NCBI GenBank assembly: GCA_965112155.1
Contig: OZ218107.1
Source: Podarcis liolepis
Taxonomy: Eukaryota
Reading direction: 5' to 3' (one strand)
Length of the DNA stretch: 64,000 nucleotides
Shown here: in pieces, positions 25,684 through 37,305 of the stretch
Layout: each line of letters starts with the position of its first letter
How positions within the stretch are numbered: position 1 is the first letter of the stretch
Program-made: the position numbers and the translations under genes
The notes under the pieces: generated by a model
What the model was told of the DNA's origin: nothing
The model's database searches: none
The model's input: only the letters and a program-made list of their open reading frames with translations

Positions 25684-27133
25684 TGAGATGAGCAGATGGA
25701 GAAGAGATGAGATTTAAGAATCACTGAGCCACATCACTAGGTGTTTCACAGAGTTTCGCATTTGCACTAGGGCTACAGAATGTATCCCAGCCTTCTCTAA
25801 GCAACAGGCTTGACCTCTACTCCAGTCTTCCTCTATTATCCCATTCAGCCACCAATATAAACTAACAATAGAGTTTCATTTAAGATTAATAGAGCCAAAA
25901 TTGAACAGAAGAGAGTTTTCTGAGCATTTTTGCTTTCACTCTCATCCAAACTGAGATTCCACTTCTCCCCAGAAAATTATCTGGCAAAATGCTCCCCACC
26001 CTAATATTGCCACCCAGAAATAACATGAAGACTGGAGAGGTGATTTTTTGCTCATTCCTAATCTAAAGATGGACAAAGAGGGAACTCGGAAGTTATCCAC
26101 TACAGATTCTGGAATTATCTCAGTGCCACCACCAAGAAGGCCTTGAGTCTCATGCTGATCCCATGTATGGACAGGACAAATAACAAGACCTCTGAGACTA
26201 ATCTTAAAATCAGGTTCCTATGGAAGCAGGGAGTTTATGAGGTTTAGAAGATGTCTGGTGGACAGAACTCCAATTGGGAAACCCCCATCAATGGCTTATC
26301 TCTTTCCACACATCAAAATCTGGTATTTATTGTCCGTCAGGTAACATTAAAAAAAAATCTCTTTGCTCACAACCAGGTGGGAAAAACAGGAGTTAGCAAA
26401 ATCCACTTTTTTATAGTGGAGGCAGAATTCTTATAGGAGAAAATTCTTACATCAAACAAGCCCACACAAGTCTTAAACTAAACTAATATGTCCCCAAGCT
26501 ATACGAATCAAAGTTGTGCAAAGCTTTGTCATAAAGCAATAACACAATTCTATTTTTCCTTGATGAAATAAAATACATTCTTAGAACAAAGTTAGACCTG
26601 AAATACAAACCAAATCAGTTTAACTATCCTCAGTGCTTTAATTATAAACACAAGTACATTTTGTGGTCTCATTTTTGAGTAAGAGCTTTTCAGATGTAAT
26701 TTCACAGGAGAAGCTATAAAAAAGTTTCCAGACAGACTAAACCTTCCCTTTGAGGTCCAAATAATATTTCAGCCAATGTAGAACCTTTCTGCTGTCTCCA
26801 GTATTTTTAATGGAAACATTTTGTGCATGTTTTATTGTGTTAACATCAGTAACTTTACTTTCTCAATTTGAAACATTCTTAAGATGCTTCCTGAGGACTT
26901 TGAAAGGACTGCAGGAGAAAAATACTACTTGCTTTAGTTAAGACCTGTGAAACAAAATGGAGTGATAACAATTAGTAAAAAGCAACAATGCCTCTCTGTC
27001 CTCCCAGCTTCTATTTCATATGGCACATGCACCATTATGAGGCATCTCTTCACTTGCTATAGAAATCACAATGGGCCATGGAGGGAGGAGTAGTTTAAGA
27101 TAAACAACACAATTTTTAAAAAAAGATTATCCT

Positions 27134-27282
27134 CAGTGCTTTTTTTTTCCTTTAAAAATGTTTAGGGGTACTCTCATTTTCCTACTCATATTGAAATATT
27201 GCCCCTCAATGAGGCCAAACTTAGATTCACAAAATGTATAGAGGTATGCGCACTCCTGCATTCACCCAGAGAAAAAGCATTG
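27134..27282. mobile_element. hAT-like MITE with 8-bp TSD
   Basis: TIRs CAGTGCTTTTT / AAAAAGCATTG. TSD ATTATCCT/ATTATCCC (7/8). Confidence 0.75.
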
Positions 27283-27317
27283 ATTATCCCCCACTTCCCC
27301 CCAAGGAATTCAGAACA

Positions 27318-27686
27318 GGAGCGAGTGGCACTGTGGTCTAAACCACTGAGCCTCTGGGGCTTGCTGACTGGAGGGTTGGCGGTTAGAATCCACACAACGG
27401 AGTGAGCTCCCATTGCTCTGTCCCAGCTTCTGACAACCTAGCAGTTCGAAAGCACACTAGTGCAAGTAGCTAAACAGGTACTGTTGCAGCTGGAAGGTAA
27501 ATGTTGTTTCTGTGCACTCTTGCTCTTGTCACGGTGTCCCGTTGCATCAGAAGCGGTTTAGTCATGCTGGCCACATGACCCAGAAAGCTGTTTGCAGAGA
27601 AACGCTGGCCTGAAGCAAGATGAGCGCCGAACCCCACAGTCAAGTTTGACTGTTTTTAACCATCCAGGGGTCCTTTACCCTTTACC
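27318..27686 (+). mobile_element. Sauria SINE (older, full length)
   Basis: tRNA-like head gtggcactgtggtctaaacc, core aacctagcagttcgaaagcac...gtcatgctggccacatgacc, and tail ggggtcctttaccctttacc. Confidence 0.88.
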
Positions 27687-28419
27687 ATTATATGATCACC
27701 CTTTTAAATCATCACACGCACTCTATTAGGTGGGTTAGGAGGAGAGATGACTGGTCTCTATAGCCTCCCTGCAAGCTTTGAACTGAGCGGTGCTCTGATA
27801 TTGGGTCTCCCTGGTCTATCTATGTCCAATACTTTAGCCACTTTATCACAATGCAAGCACAAACTGATATTGCAAATATATATATAAATATATTTGGAGA
27901 ATGAACTCGGGCCATGTCCATTTGTCCATCAAACAAGGGCTCCCACTTACCTTCATCCCTCCACTCTATGCATTTATTCTTACTCCTACAACCCTACTCA
28001 GACATCTTTCTCTCCCCCCCACAATCCTGCTTGTAACCCCCTGAAATCAGGCATGAGTCTCCAAATAAACACAGTAAAAAAATAAAAATAAAATAAAAGG
28101 CAACCCAAGAAGCACAAATGCTTAAAGAAAACCCTACAATATAAGGGTTCAAAAACACACACTTTTCAAAAAATATGTTTCCCATAGCTTCAAATCTTAG
28201 TTGTTTTATTCACTGACAGTTCAAAAAATACATGGAAGAGAAGGTAGATCAAACAACAGTAACTCAAGTAAAAAATTATCAGAATTCCCCCCCCCTGAGA
28301 ATTTCCTTTGGGGGGCTTTCTCCAAAAGAGTTGGAAAATTCCAGGAACTCTGACAAATATTCCCAGCTTCACCACACACATATAGGATGGTCAGTTTAAA
28401 TGAAACTGTGGATTCTAAT

Positions 28420-28770
28420 GTATTGTTGTGAGATGGGGGTGGTTGAGGAGGCCATATGTGTTTCTTCTAACTCCTGGATCCAACAAGGATTCAACAGCTT
28501 CTTGGTAATGGCCCACTAAATATGGGTCATTAAGGTAACAAAGGAAGTGTCCCTGTGCCAGACAGAAAATGGTTGGGCCCCCTTCCTTTAGCTGCCTGTT
28601 TGTTAGAAGGACAAAAGCCAAAGTTGAGGTGTTTGAGATGTAGAAGCAAGAAGTAGGCTGGGCAGCTGAGAATTAGAGCCATGCCTGATTTCTGCTGGGA
28701 TCCAAGGCTGTGGCTATGAAAGAAGCAAGATTTTATTAGGGTGTTAATGCTATGAGCCCCTCCATCATAG
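28420..28770 (+). mobile_element. Possible LTR remnant
   Basis: Starts TGTTGTG with LTR-like composition. No clear 3' end or TSD. Confidence 0.3.
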
Positions 28771-29880
28771 GCAACTATTGAATACTTCTTTATTAACCAT
28801 CACTGACAGTGGTGCTCTACTTACTAGCGGGAAGGCTAGGGAGTCAATGTCCCAGTTCAGGCACACTGAAAGTGCTCCAAGTAGGAGGCAGGAAGGATAT
28901 GTGTTCAAACTCCATTCTTTCCTGGGGAAAGGCCCCATTAAATAGAGAATAACTTGCACATGTAACATAGAAAGTTCAGTTATTTGTGCAAGAATTTTGC
29001 TGGAAGATGTTAAAAGAGAACCTAAAGGAAAAGTGACAATTGAGGAGGTTCAGAACTGACCCACTGCCTGACCTCCTGTCAATCAAAAGTCTTGCTTCAA
29101 ACATTTCCGAGCACCAGACATAGCAAGTGACCTGGATTTGAATACCTGAAATTGCTAAGAAGCCATCGCAATGTCAGTGAACCTAAGAGTGGCTCATCTG
29201 AATAGGATTAGTTTCTGCTAGACGGTTGAAATGTATAAGGGCAAAAGCAATCATGTACACCACAATGTCTCATCTGAAAGAATTGCCAACTATTGTTCTC
29301 AGTGGGTAGCACAAAGGGACTATCAGCTCCCTGGAATGCCTAAATTGACTCAGCTTTGTTAAAAAGATGGATAAGTAATCCTCATAGCACTTCTAAAATA
29401 TTACTTTAAGTAGCATGCCTTATTTAAAACAACGCCCTTGATTTGAACCCTATACTGCAATCAAGTCGTGCTAAATGTGACTTGTTCTTAAATCCTACTT
29501 TTGGTAGGAAGGAATGAGAACAAACTTAATGACTTTTAGGTCTCTGGTGTTCAATCAGGAATACAAAGCAAGTAAGATTTAAAAGTCTCTTACGAGTCTA
29601 ATAACTTATCTCTCTCCTAAAAAGCCTTTAACTGACACTGCACTTGCACCTGGTTGCAGCCTGAGGGGAGGGAGAAAGTTACAAGTTTAAACATGGCAAC
29701 TCAAACCCACATATTTTAAGCAAAAAAGGTAAGAACAGAAGGAAGCTCCATGTGTTCATTTGGCATTTGTATCCCAGTCTGATGCAAGTTTGTTTAGAAG
29801 TAACTCACACTGGGTTTAATGGGCCTGACTCCAAGGTATACATGGGATTATAGGCTGCTCTAACCACCAGTTACTGTAGG

Positions 29881-29888
29881 TGACGTCA
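29881..29888. promoter_or_regulatory. Perfect CRE (TGACGTCA) ~0.8 kb upstream of DCN exon 1
   Basis: Motif match only. Confidence 0.3.
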
Positions 29889-30090
29889 CTAGAGCATATA
29901 TGTATAACTCCTGTACAGTTTGAGAAGCCACATTGCAACATCTGTACAAAATGTTTCATGTAACAGTTGCGATCCTGGATCACAAAACAAGTAAAAATGT
30001 ATTATTAAAAATCTCCCATTTGTATTTTTTATTTCTGTTCTGCACTTTTAAAATTGTCAGTATGATACATTTCTGTGTCATACAGAAAAG

Positions 30091-30178
30091 GTTGCAATCT
30101 TATACACATTTACCTGAAAGCAAGCCTCATTTTACACATTGGGGCTTGCATCTGAATAGACATATACTGGATTGCACC
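30091..30178. repeat. Short ~90-bp squamate interspersed repeat with inverted ends (copies also ~21185-21262, ~29770-29857, ~31992-32070, ~47280-47375)
   Basis: gcaatc(c/t)tat...ttacctg...aagc/gtaag...tggggctt...ggattgca; recurs several times in the window. Confidence 0.55.
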
Positions 30179-30649
30179 GTGCATTAGTATCTTAATAAAG
30201 ATACAGACTGCAAGTTCCAGTCCTACTTGTTTTTTAAAAGTACAAAATCATGGGATTATGTATGCACAGCGAAGGCATGTCTGCTTGCTTACTTTATTCC
30301 TATTGTAAACCAAAAGGTACCTGCAGAAATATTTGACTTAAGGCTAACTCATTTATTTTCTCCTGTAAATCTGTGTGGTTTTGTTTTTTTTACTAACTTT
30401 GAGAGATTACTTTCCTTCCACTTCCTTGGGTTTCATACACTACTGTAAACCAGAAGCCTCTCTCGCTCTCTCTAGACATTTTTCTTCCACGAAAGAAAAT
30501 GATCGCTCAAAGTTAGAAAGCCATCTAACTAAATATGTGATTTTTAAAGAAAATGACGGAAATAAGAAAAAAAATGGCATCAAGCAAAGCATTCTGTGCT
30601 GATCTGTAAAAGCACTTAGGATCCTGAACACATGAAAAAGAAATAAGGG

Positions 30650-30938
30650 GAAAAAGGGGGCTGATAAAGTTTCTGGCTACAATACAGGAGACATATCATT
30701 ACCATATGATCTACTGTGGGTGTCAGCTTGGATTCTGTTCATTGAGGGAAACCTTACTTTTTTAACTGTGCTATGGAATAGAAGACGCAGGAGGGTTTTC
30801 CACCAAGTGACAGACAACTGAGCAGCAATCTACCCCTCCTCCTTTCCACACCTGCACCTTCTTCTGCCTGGCTTGAATATTTCAGTTTAATTGCATCTCA
30901 GCTCTGAGGGCGCCTTTTGCAAATCCCTGGATTAAAAG
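30650..30938 (+). other. DCN: DCN non-coding exon 1 / proximal promoter (5' limit approximate)
   Basis: gataaagtttctggctacaatac...catatcattaccatatgatc...cctcctcctttccacacctgca...ggattaaaag closely resembles the mammalian DCN 5' UTR exon as I recall it. It ends at donor AAG|GTATGG (30938/30939). Confidence 0.85.
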
Positions 30939-32769
30939 GTATGGCTTTCAATAATTATCCTGAACTCTGCTCCAGTACAGTAAAACTTCTGTAAAAGCTA
31001 GGAGAAACAGGGAGCCTGAAAGAAGTGGCTTTAAAAGAGATGTTTAGTACTGTTATATCTGCATTATTTGGGAGCATTCTAGAGAACTGTGGACGTTTCC
31101 TAGCATTCTTTTACATTTGGGGCCGTTTCTTTGTATTTTTGTAAGGATTTGTATGTTCCAAGTTTTCCAGCTGTGCATTTTCTTGCTCTAATGCAAAGTT
31201 TGAAGTATATGATGTTGTAGGAGGAAAACAGAAACTTCATGTTTTGTAGTTTGAAAACCAGAAGGTATTTGTTTTAAGTTAAAGGGGTGGTGGAGGAATG
31301 TTTTGCCCAGAGTAGCAGACATCTTTCTAAACACTGCAGAGTGGTATATTGCATATGTAAACAGCGATTGCATATTTAAGACAAGAAGTTTCTTGACTGG
31401 AAAAACTAAAGATAAACAAGCAGGCATTCCATACAGTTTTAAAATGGAAATAAACATGCTTTCAAAATTTTGAATGTGCCCTGTAGCATGTTCTTTACCT
31501 CATCTGTTCTAAGAAAAGTATTTGCTATGAAAAGAAATGCAGTATATTAGTTGTTGAAGTAGATAAAACTGAGATAGAGCTGTAGTTCTCTTTTTTTATT
31601 CTCTCCATTTTCTAAATGGTATAGACATCTTTTTATTCTGCAAACTAGTTACGCCAAACATTCAGTCGTAGGACTCTGGATCAACTGATTTATGGATCAG
31701 GCTGTGTAAGATTTAAACTCCTAGAAAGAAATACCACAGCATAATTCAGTATAGAATTAAATCACCCCACCCATCCCCACCTTCAATATAATATATATGT
31801 ATCATCTCACAATCCTTCTCCCCATATGGTTTGTTTATTTTGTTGTTTGTCTGTATATCTTTTTTCTGGCTATTCTGGGGTTTTTATTTACATGCCTTTT
31901 ACAATTGTCTGTTAGTTGATCCGATAAAAGAATCACTATAACCTCAAGCCTTATTTGCTGTTCTCAGAAATAACTGATTGAACTAATACATGGCACAATT
32001 CTATGCATGCTTACTCAAAAGTAAGTCTCACAAGGTTCAATGGGGCTTTCTCTCTGCAGCTACAGAATAGTTGTGGAAGGAATACTCCAGCAATTACTGA
32101 AGGATAAGGCCCATCGTTAGTTGGAAGAAACAGAGTTTTTTCATTTATTTTAGGCTGCTATGTTCATCAGATTTATTTAAGTTCCTTTGAAGTTCCTTTG
32201 AACTTCAGTTCCTTTGAGATCTTTCAGAATATCATTGTTAATCAGGGGTTTTTAAAAATGCCTTTTACATTATGTGGGTCATCATTTGTGACATAAGTGA
32301 CATAAGCAAAGGATGTGCCTCTTTTGTAAATCATCTTTCAACAATGACTTACATGGAATTACCATGAAATTCTTCATGTGCCAGTTATGCCCCTAAAGTG
32401 AGAATCCTAATGGCCGATAGGATCAATTGATTATTTTCCAAAAAATATTACAGGTTTCATAAACGAAACAAAACCCTTACAGACTTCATTCTAGACTCTA
32501 ATTTAAGGCACAGAAATATTTTCAAAAAATCGTAACATTTTAGCAACAGGGGAATAAGAGCTCATATAAACCATCCTTTTGCCTGATTAACTGGGAGAAG
32601 AAATAAAATACCATTTATGTTATTTTATGTTTCACATTTGGATTTGCTGGAACATTTGTCCCTTATGATACTCCTCAGGATTAGATAATTAATCTATTAA
32701 TCTGAAAACATGCCAAGGTCTTTTAACTTCAAGTAGAGTTAATAGACTTCGAGACCTGTGTGCCAGTGT

Positions 32770-32960
32770 GGTGCAGTATCATTCTAAAGTGTTGGGTTGA
32801 ATCAGGGAGGCATGGGTCCACATTTTTGCTCACTGGGTGACTCTGAGCCAGTTAATATCTCTCAGCCTAACCTCCATCACAAGGCTATCATGAGAATAAA
32901 ATATACTGGGGGTGGGGAGGGTATATATGATATGGAAACCAGAACTCCTTTGAGGAAGGT
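32770..32960 (+). mobile_element. Squam3/MIR-CORE-like SINE, degenerate (reverse copy ~27690-27850)
   Basis: gccagtgtggtgcagt...gctcactgggtgactctgagccagt...ctctcagcctaacct...gagaataaaat. Confidence 0.6.
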
Positions 32961-34152
32961 TAAGGTCAAAATAAAACCAAGTTCATTGCTTCATTGTGTT
33001 GTGCTTTAATTCACACGCACCTACATAGAAAAATAAAAATACCACCCAAATGACTTCAGTAGTAAAGTTCAGTACTAAAAATTCTGCTCCCATTCTCACT
33101 ACGAAGAAATCTACAAACCTGCAACCATCTTACAGAACTTCTGCTACAGTAGCTTTGTCATCCTCATCCTCATAATGGCAAACTGAAAAGATTTTGTCCT
33201 GGTTCATGCTGGGAGAAAGAGCCTACAGTTAGCTATGATCTGTGGGGATGCACAGTGGAGTATCATTGCTGTTTGTTCTCCATTAAGTTGTAAGAGCCTT
33301 CCAATAGAGGCCTTATAACTTGGGGCATGGTGCCGTACTGGTAGGATTACCACCTTTGTTCTGGCAAAATACAGGACAGGATGGGGACAAGATTGATAGG
33401 TGAAGTCCCCCCACACCTGGTGCTGAAATGACTTCAGCACAATCCATTACATTGCAGCCTAACAGGACAACCCCTCTGGGATTTGTCACATGCACATGGA
33501 TGTGTAAATACGCCTGTGCTTTGCTACCCAGAGCTTAAATTCATGACCTTTAACACACATACACTACTGTATGTAGGCTGGGGCAAAAAAATAAGCAAAT
33601 GGGGTGGGCATATTCTGATGAGGAGTATGTTAAATTTCTGAAAGAGAGAGAAAATTTTAGGGGGTGGGGAGCAAGCCTTCTGGGGAGCTACTTCTCCTCC
33701 ACCCTCCTCTCTCAAATATCATGCAGATAATTATGTTCAGAACTGGGGCTTCTAGTCTACACTGACCAAACCCACTCAGACCCTCTTGCTCCCTGAGAAA
33801 CAAGGCCTGGCACTCCCAGGCTGCAGCCCTGTGGAAGACCGCCTCAACCCACCCTGGAGCTGAAGGGAATTGGAAGCAGCAACATGAAAGCCTTGCCCCA
33901 TTGTTTGCTCATCCTTGGGGGCGGGATGAGAGAGGGAGCGATGAGAAAAAAAGAAAGGAAAGAAGCAAGAGGCGGTTTCTCCAGCCAAGCCAGCAATGCC
34001 TTCCCTGTAGGAACGGAGGCAGTCATTTGGAGAGGGTCCCCAACTTGGCCAAGAAAGAGCAAGAACAAGAGAGCAGGACAGACATGCAGGAAATACAGGA
34101 CAAACGATGTCCTGTATTGAATCAACACAGGATGTTAAATTGTGCATTAAAA

Positions 34153-34983
34153 CAGTGTTTCCCAACCTTTTTTGGGCAAAGGCACACTTGTTTCATGAAA
34201 AAAATCTCGAGGCACACCACCATGCCAGATGGGGAAAGGTCACTTTTTACTTATGTAAAAAAAAATAATAGTAACAGCATAGAAGGTAATGGTTAGGCTA
34301 GCATCCCTCTTCCAAATATGCTAGGTTTTTATTTGCAGGGACTGTTCTACATGGGAAAGCATTCAGCACTGTCATTCTCCCATCTGCCATCTGAATTGGT
34401 ACTATTCTGGGTCAACTTACTCTGCTGCATGTGTAGATGAAAATGGCACCAAATGTGGGGGAGGGGGCAGAACAGGTTTCAGATACAGGATATTAAGCAT
34501 ACACGTACTTCAGATTGAACTGGTTGCTTGCTTTGCAAGTTTTCATTTCCCAAATGACTGCCTTGGCAAGCGCAATACCTACCAGGCTCAACGCCGGTCT
34601 CGCGCTGCCGCTTCCCGCGCTCTCAAGGACCCGGGAGGAGGAGGGCGTGAAGGGAATCCCGAAGGCGCGAAAACCTCGCGCATGCGCAGGCCTTCCGTCT
34701 GCGACAGCCCAGTAGGCCGGCCGAAGCGAGCGGCGATGGGATGTGGGAGCTCGCTCGCTCGCCGCCCCGCGTGTGCCTATGTGGGGCACGTTACAGCCCC
34801 GTGACGTCAGCGCCACGCAGGCAGCCAGGCAGGCAGACGGCGAGAGCCCCGCGCTGGGCGGCCTCTCCTCGCCGCCGCCACCCCGCCTCTCGCCGCCCGA
34901 CTCGCCCGCCTCCCTCCCACGGCACAGCAGGCAACGTCTCGCGGCACACTAGTGTGCCGCGGAACACCAGTTGGGAAACACTG
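34153..34983. mobile_element. Non-autonomous hAT element (831 bp) with internal CpG-island cargo, DCN intron 1
   Basis: Perfect 14-bp TIR CAGTGTTTCCCAAC / GTTGGGAAACACTG and perfect 8-bp TSD CATTAAAA (34145-34152, 34984-34991). Subterminal GGCACAC repeats and a 22-bp palindrome at 34940-34961. Confidence 0.92.
34590..34915. promoter_or_regulatory. CpG-island promoter-like segment inside the hAT element
   Basis: CpG-dense. E2F-type TTCCCGCGC (34612-34620) and GGCGCGAAAA (34664-34673), NRF1 GCGCATGCGC (34678-34687), CRE TGACGTCA (34802-34809) and several GC boxes. Confidence 0.6.
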
Positions 34984-36120
34984 CATTAAAACATGGGGCA
35001 ATCCTGTATTATACAGGATGAGTTGCAACCCTCCCTTACTGGGCTGATTTTCTATATTGACAATGCAGGCTGGGGGCTGTTTCCCTACAGCAGGGTTTTA
35101 TGGTGTAAGCAATAATTATAAACAGCAAGCAAGTAGATGACATGGTTTCTTTCCATACCAATGCCACTCTGGCAGTGCTAGTGTGGGAAATAACTGTGTC
35201 ATCAGTTCATCCTGTGTGGTTTCTTTTGACAGATGTTACTGGTATAGGATGGGATCCAGATATGAGGAAACAGCATTTGAGCCACAATGGTATGAGTGGT
35301 CATCGTAACATGAATTAGCCCTAAGGGTGCTGACAATAAGCAGCATACATTTGTGAGGCTATGTTGAGTTTAAAAATGTACTATAGAAAAACAAAACTTG
35401 TGGGGGGGGGGATTGCACACAACTACGAAACAGCAGAGATAGCCCAATCCTTTCTGTTATTGCATCTGAGTCAAGAAACAACAGCAGAGGAGCTTCAAGG
35501 TCCTGCCCTGCCTCTTCCTGTACCACCCCCCTTGAGATACCTGAAACTTCAGGTAAACGGCATCCAGCTGAATGTCAAAATTAGATGTAAGGTGTCTGGC
35601 TGTCATTTTTTTATCAGTTTTAGGGGCACCTGTAGTACTATGGCAGATGGTTTAAAATTGGACTATATTTTGATATACAGACAAGAAAGCCAAAAATAAC
35701 AAACTTGAAATTCAACCTTTTCCCTTAAAATGCTTTACAGGATTTACTTTAAGCAACTAAAGGTTCCTTTCACATGATATTGCCAGCCTGGCAAGTTTTG
35801 GGCTTAAAAAAAAAAATCAACAACAGAATATTATCCCTCCCTTCCCAATACTATCATAAGTTTCGCAGTCTCAGGCTAACCATGACAATGGGAAAAAAAC
35901 AATTCAGTCCATTTGCTATCTTGACTAAGAACTGGCAAATAATTCTTCCCTTAATTTTTGTGCAGAATCCTAACACAACTGTTTGTTACTAATAAATACA
36001 AGTCAAATCAAACTATCCAGACAGTTGTGCACAGAACTGACTCTGTGTTCCTCTGTGAATCTCTGTTTTATAAATACTTATTGGTTTTCTACATAAATTA
36101 TATCTGGGTAATGCTTTATC

Positions 36121-36474
36121 GGGACGTGGGTGGCGCTGTGGGTTAAACCACAGAGCCTAGGACTTGCTGATCAGAAGGTTGACGGTTCGAATTCCAGCGA
36201 CGGGGTGAACTCCCATTGCTCAGTCCCTGCTCCTGCCAACCTAGCAGTTCGAAAGCACATCAAAGTGCAAGTAGATAAATAGGTACCGCTCTGGCGGGGG
36301 GGTAAACGACATTTCCGTGTGCTGTTCTGGTTTGCCAGAAGCGGCTTAGTCATGCTGGCCACATGACCCGGAAGCTGTACACCGGCTCCCTCGGCCAATA
36401 AAGCGAGATGAGCGCCGCAACCCCAGAGTCGGTCACGACTGGACCTAATGGTCCGGGGTCCCTTTACCTTTACC
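36121..36474 (+). mobile_element. Sauria SINE, full length, DCN intron 1
   Basis: gggacgtgggtggcgctgtgggttaaacc...gttcgaattcc head and ...ggggtccctttacctttacc tail. Confidence 0.93.
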
Positions 36475-36624
36475 ATCGCATTTACACACTTCAGCACAAC
36501 TCCACCAAAAACTGTTTCGATTATAATTATGTGAAAGATATGAGTATGAACACAATGCCACCAATTTACAAATCTTTGCTGCTTCTTTTTTGACTTCTAG
36601 ATTCACAGCTGCCACCTTGAATAG

Positions 36625-36633
36625 ATGAACTAA
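36625..36633 (+). other. Minimal uORF ATG-AAC-TAA, 3 nt before the DCN start codon
   Basis: Exon 2 begins at 36601 after ttctag and reads ...atagATGAACTAAaccATGaag. Confidence 0.7.
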
Positions 36634-36636
36634 ACC

Positions 36637-36841
36637 ATGAAGGTAGCCGTTTTCTTCCTTCTACTCCTGCCACTTTGCTTGGCTAAGCCATTCCACCAAA
36701 AAGGCTTGTTTGATTTTATGCTTGAAGATGAAGCAGGTTCTGGAACTACAGATACTCCAGATACTTATCCTCCACTGCAAGGCCCAGTATGTCCATTCCG
36801 CTGCCAGTGCCACCTTCGAGTTGTGCAGTGCTCTGATTTAG
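36637..36841 (+). CDS. DCN: Decorin exon 2 coding part (signal peptide, propeptide, GAG site, N-terminal Cys cap)
   Basis: [36 protein letters not shown]...[18 protein letters not shown]; Kozak accATGa; donor G|GTGAGC. Confidence 0.97.
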
Positions 36842-37199
36842 GTGAGCAAAATGAAATATTGCTTCATAAAATGTTTGTTTATGCTGGCTCACAATGACAA
36901 CTTAAGCTATTTTTGGGTATCAACACCAACATAGTTACTGAGTTCTCCTGTCACACTATAATTTTGCCATTGTTGTGATAGTATCTGTATGATAGTCTTG
37001 TCGAAAACAACAAGGAAAATAAGGAGAGAGAGTTCAGCTGAGAATAGGTCAGCTGAAAAACAGGGTCTTTGTGGTGGTAGACCATGAAAGAAATAGTGGT
37101 AGTCATTTGCTTTCCGTCCATTTTACGCTGCCTTTCATTCAAGACCACAGGCATTTCTCTTTAAGGAAATGCCAGTTTGTCAATGTTCTATCATAATAA

Positions 37200-37305
37200 G
37201 CCCGGAAGCTGTATGCCGGCTCCCTCGACCAGTAAAGCAAGATGAGAGCTACAACCCCAGAGTCGTCCGCGACTGGACCTAATGGTCAGGGGTCCCTTTA
37301 CCTTT
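37200..37305 (+). mobile_element. Sauria SINE 3' fragment
   Basis: cccggaagctgtatgccggctccctcg...ggtcaggggtccctttacc. Confidence 0.88.

Noticed and set aside
33776-35028. Several overlapping 70-130 aa ORFs in DCN intron 1
   Set aside because: No recognisable domains, and they cross the hAT boundaries. They are expected from high GC or purine content.
36171-36497. Similar ORFs on Sauria SINEs (36171, 44332, 46201, 57721, 63254)
   Set aside because: The similarity comes from the shared non-coding SINE sequence, not from a protein family.
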